NCBI GenBank assembly: GCA_001662655.1
Contig: KV460207.1
Direction: 5' to 3' (one strand)
Source: Pseudogymnoascus verrucosus
Taxonomy: Eukaryota
DNA length: 64,000 bases
Below the pieces are notes generated by a model, which saw nothing but the letters and a program-made list of their open reading frames with translations, did not search any database and had not been told where the DNA came from. The translations under genes were made by a program, and so were the position numbers. The stretch's first letter is position 1. Each line of letters begins with the position of its first letter. Below are positions 60,476-64,000 of this stretch, piece after piece.

Positions 60476-63400
60476 CTACCAGAAACTACACCACCCAATG
60501 TAATGCTGGCAAAGGTTCTCCAGCTTCGTCGCCTCAATGAGCAACTTATCGACTTGGTTGATATAGCTCAACTCCTCGTCCGGTTTGAAATCACGCCCTG
60601 TGAGTTTCTCCTTGACCCTGTTCAGAACTTGCACTGCTCTCTCATTCTGGATCTCAGTATGGTCTTGCCCAGGTTCAGTAACTGCAGTAGAATTGGTGCG
60701 ACCACGTGGACGTGCGGATGGAGGGCCGCCTGGTGCTGTTGTTGGATCTTGGGCGACTAGCTCGCTGGGGGGGATGTTGGCATCCAAAATCGATGGGCGC
60801 CGTTGATCCGCTGCCATTATGGAGCCTCGGCGATCAGAACGGAAGTTAGGGCCCTCGCCAGGGGAATGGGCTCCAGTCAGGCGCCAGTTAAGAAGGGGGT
60901 CGTGAATGAACTGCGGTTATTAGCATCGAGCGATTTCGAACATGTGGGCGGGAACAACTTACAGCCTCAAGGACGGCCATCAAGGACTCTTTGTTGTCTC
61001 TGACAACTCTCATCACATTCTCGCAAGTAATTCTGAAACTTCCTTCAATATTGCTAACCTCCATAGCATATGTCAACATTCTTGTGAGACGGAATGGAAC
61101 TCTCTCCGGGTATTTGTCGCGGTGCATAGCAACTTCGAAACAGTCACCGAAATCGACATGGATGATCTTTCCGGTGATCCTATCAAGCATCAAGTTGGAA
61201 GGATGCCTGTCACCAAGGCCTAGGATGTAGCCAACAATGGACATCACACCTAGAGAGCGGGTATAGTTCGTGCGGCGGTCCAACCAGGCCTCAGAGCTCT
61301 TACTCTTCAGCCACAAAACCCGATAAAGATCCTGGCCAGTAGTATTGTCAAGGGCGTAGCCAAAGACCTCCACTTTCTGCATCAAGGTTAGGTTGTCATA
61401 GTCCGGTGCCATCTGAAGCATGATGCGATGCTCAATATTGAGCAGAATCTTACGGCTCTCGCGATATTCACGAATAAGAACATGGAGAGTATCGCTGTTT
61501 TCAACCCAACCAAGAAGACCAGAACTTTGTGATAGAGGAATTGCGGGGTATCTTTCGATATTGAGATGACGCTTGTACGACTCTGAATCGTGCGAGAGTA
61601 GGGTATTGCAGAGACCGAAGAGCTGCATAACACGTTCGTCCTGACGCATGTCCTCGTGACCCTTCAAGAGAAAGGCATATGCAACACCATCGCTGCCATT
61701 CATACGGAGTCTTCTTGGTCGTTGCTTGGAATTAATCACCGAAAATGTCGGGTCGAAAGATATAATGCGAATAATTGGCTTGCCGCTCTGGTAAGTGCCG
61801 GGCACGGCAAGATCAAGATCGCGTACATGAAGAAGCTTTGGTGAGACATATGCAAGCTCTAGACTGGTAAGTTGAGGTAGTTGGCGAGCAATGCGCCGGA
61901 AAACTTGATAGTACAAATCCCAAGCTTGGTTCAAGTCGCCGACATCCCTCGATTGCTTGTACGTGTAGCACCATTCCCTTGCTTCTTGAAGATCACGGCC
62001 GAATGTTTGAGCGAAGGAAATTTCACGCAGAGTTTCTGGGCCCTTGTCAAGCTGTTCGTGTAGAGGGGTGAGTGTCGCAAACATGCCCTCAATATCATTG
62101 GCACCGAAGTAGAGTCTCGATGCTTCTTCAAGACCTTCATGCCATTGCTCGTGCCAAAGCACTGCGACGCGGATAAGTTCTTGGCTAACAACGTCGGCTT
62201 GGTCCACAAGTTGGGCGCTGTGCTGGCGCATGCTGTCCATAATTTGGCCAGCTGACCTGGATCTTCTTGTAGTTTGTGCAGACTTCATGGCAACAGTAAG
62301 AGGGTATACAAGGGCCTGAGGATGTGCACGCCCGACATCTGCAAGTAGGGCATGAATCGATTGCCGCACGCGTGTATTTGGCTGGTTAATGCGCGCAATA
62401 AGTTGCGGGATAACCTCGAGCCAGGTATCAACGCTGACCGAAGCAAATCCCTCGATAACCACTGCATTCACCTCGGGGTTCCCGCCGTGTGCAAACCATA
62501 GCGTAAGGAGTCGAAGCGTATCTTGCAAAGAGCTACCGGCTGATAGTGAAATCGACTTGAAGAATCCCCTCACAGCAGGGACAACGTGGTCAATCAAGAC
62601 ATTGTGAGGTACCACTGCTGTCTCTCGCTCCGGCTTCTGATTCACAGACTGAGCAATTTCGAAGTTCGCCAGAGCCCAAGCATGCCAAGCCTTATACCAG
62701 TTCGGATTGAATTGAGTGGCAGCAGAATATGCCGCCAAGATATCTCCAACTTGGTCATGACGCCAGTCACCTCGGTTTAGCGACACTTGCCATTCTCCTT
62801 GCTTGAGGCAGCATCGAGAAAGCAACTCCGTATGGTCTGCCAAAGCCTTGGGGCTCATAGCGTAGGGTGCGCCGTTGCCATTCACAGCAGAGAGGCCGTT
62901 TGCCATGTCGTTGGCGCCATGTCCATCCTGCATGCCATGCGCGGCCATCTGCGACGAATGCAGTCTTTCGGCCATGTCGTTGCTGAAGATTTTAAGCCCA
63001 TCTAATGCAGCAGCCTTGTGCCCAACGGCCCAGTGATATTTGAGGACGGCATAATTGACTGCTGGAGTAATATGTCTAGGTGGCTCGCGATGGTATTGCC
63101 CGTGGCCATCAGCATTGATATATGGCAGAACAGCATCGAGACTGTCATCGTTACCAATTAATTGTTGCAGAGATTTTTCAGCCAGACCCATCCGACCTGA
63201 TTTTCTACACAGATTGGCAAATTTGATCCACATCTGCATGTTCTCCTTGGGAGAAATGACGAGCGCACGGAGCTTCAACATTCGTTGCCATACTTCGACG
63301 TTCCGTTGGCACCCCAACAAACGTGTCTCCCACGTACGTCTCATAGTTTCTTGCTTAGCTGGATTGTCGTTGCTCTGCTTGTACACGATAAGCTCTTCAA

Positions 63401-64000
63401 GCTCGGCAAGCATCTGAACCCGAACGACTACAGCATATGCGCGATTGTACGACTCGCTCACAAGAGCGCTCAGCTCCGTATCTAGTCCTTCTCTTGCTTT
63501 TTGAATGTATACGCTCGCCTCGTGGAACTGGTTCCTATGAAGTGCGAGAATTGCACCGAAGAATGATCGGTCCGGAGACTGGATCTTCATGACGCTTAAG
63601 TAATCATCCATAAGATCCCACTTGCCCAATCCCCAAGCAGAGGAAGTAGCTAATGGTGCGATCCTTCGCTGAACATCAAGAGTTGAAGTATGGAAGGTAT
63701 CTTGAGCCAAAGCCGAGAGTTCATCCCATTCACCAAGAGCGTGTAAACATCGCATCTTGCCCATGATGATCTCTATCCTCTCACCAGGCTCGGTGCTTTC
63801 TTGCTCCCTCTGCTTGTAGAAATCCAGTGCCTCTTCCCACCTCTCAAGCTTTTCAAACCAAGTCTCACGCAGAGCAATGCCATCTGCATAAAGTTGTGCT
63901 CTCCGGAGAATTCCAATCGCAGCGTCGTATTGCTGCAACTGGTTATTGATCTGTATCAATGCTTCAACGGCACCCCCGCTCTGGTCCTGGAGGAATTCCA
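60476..64000 (-). CDS. TOR: TOR kinase, 3' part (FAT, FRB, kinase, FATC); runs off the window end (exons >64000-60963, 60910-60476)
   Basis: [76 protein letters not shown]. Intron 60911-60962. Confidence 0.98.

Overview
Eukaryotic, intron-containing DNA from a filamentous ascomycete (Pezizomycotina; narrower placement not established). Introns are short GT-AG type with CTAAC/CTGAC-like branch sites. I built 24 protein-coding gene models by joining ORFs across hand-checked splice sites. Most are housekeeping genes: Ssh4, Uch37, a Zn2Cys6 factor, an SDR, a Carnmt1-like methyltransferase, Pac4, Kap104, RCC1, Pam16, Sip5, Trf4, a Pex23/30-like peroxin, a TMEM135-like protein, an Ara2-like AKR and the 3' part of TOR. 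An ~8.4 kb gene-poor region lies upstream of the Zn2Cys6 gene. An accessory-looking block at 22.9-29.2 kb carries RING-H2, F-box-like and BTB genes plus transition-riddled repeats. The best finding is a Vip1-like RRM protein fused to three 7-Cys modules (CxC-x6-CxC-x4-CxC-x2-C) matching fungal copper-thionein modules. No rRNA, tRNA, CRISPR or intact transposon was recognised. Family calls come from motif recognition, not database searches.
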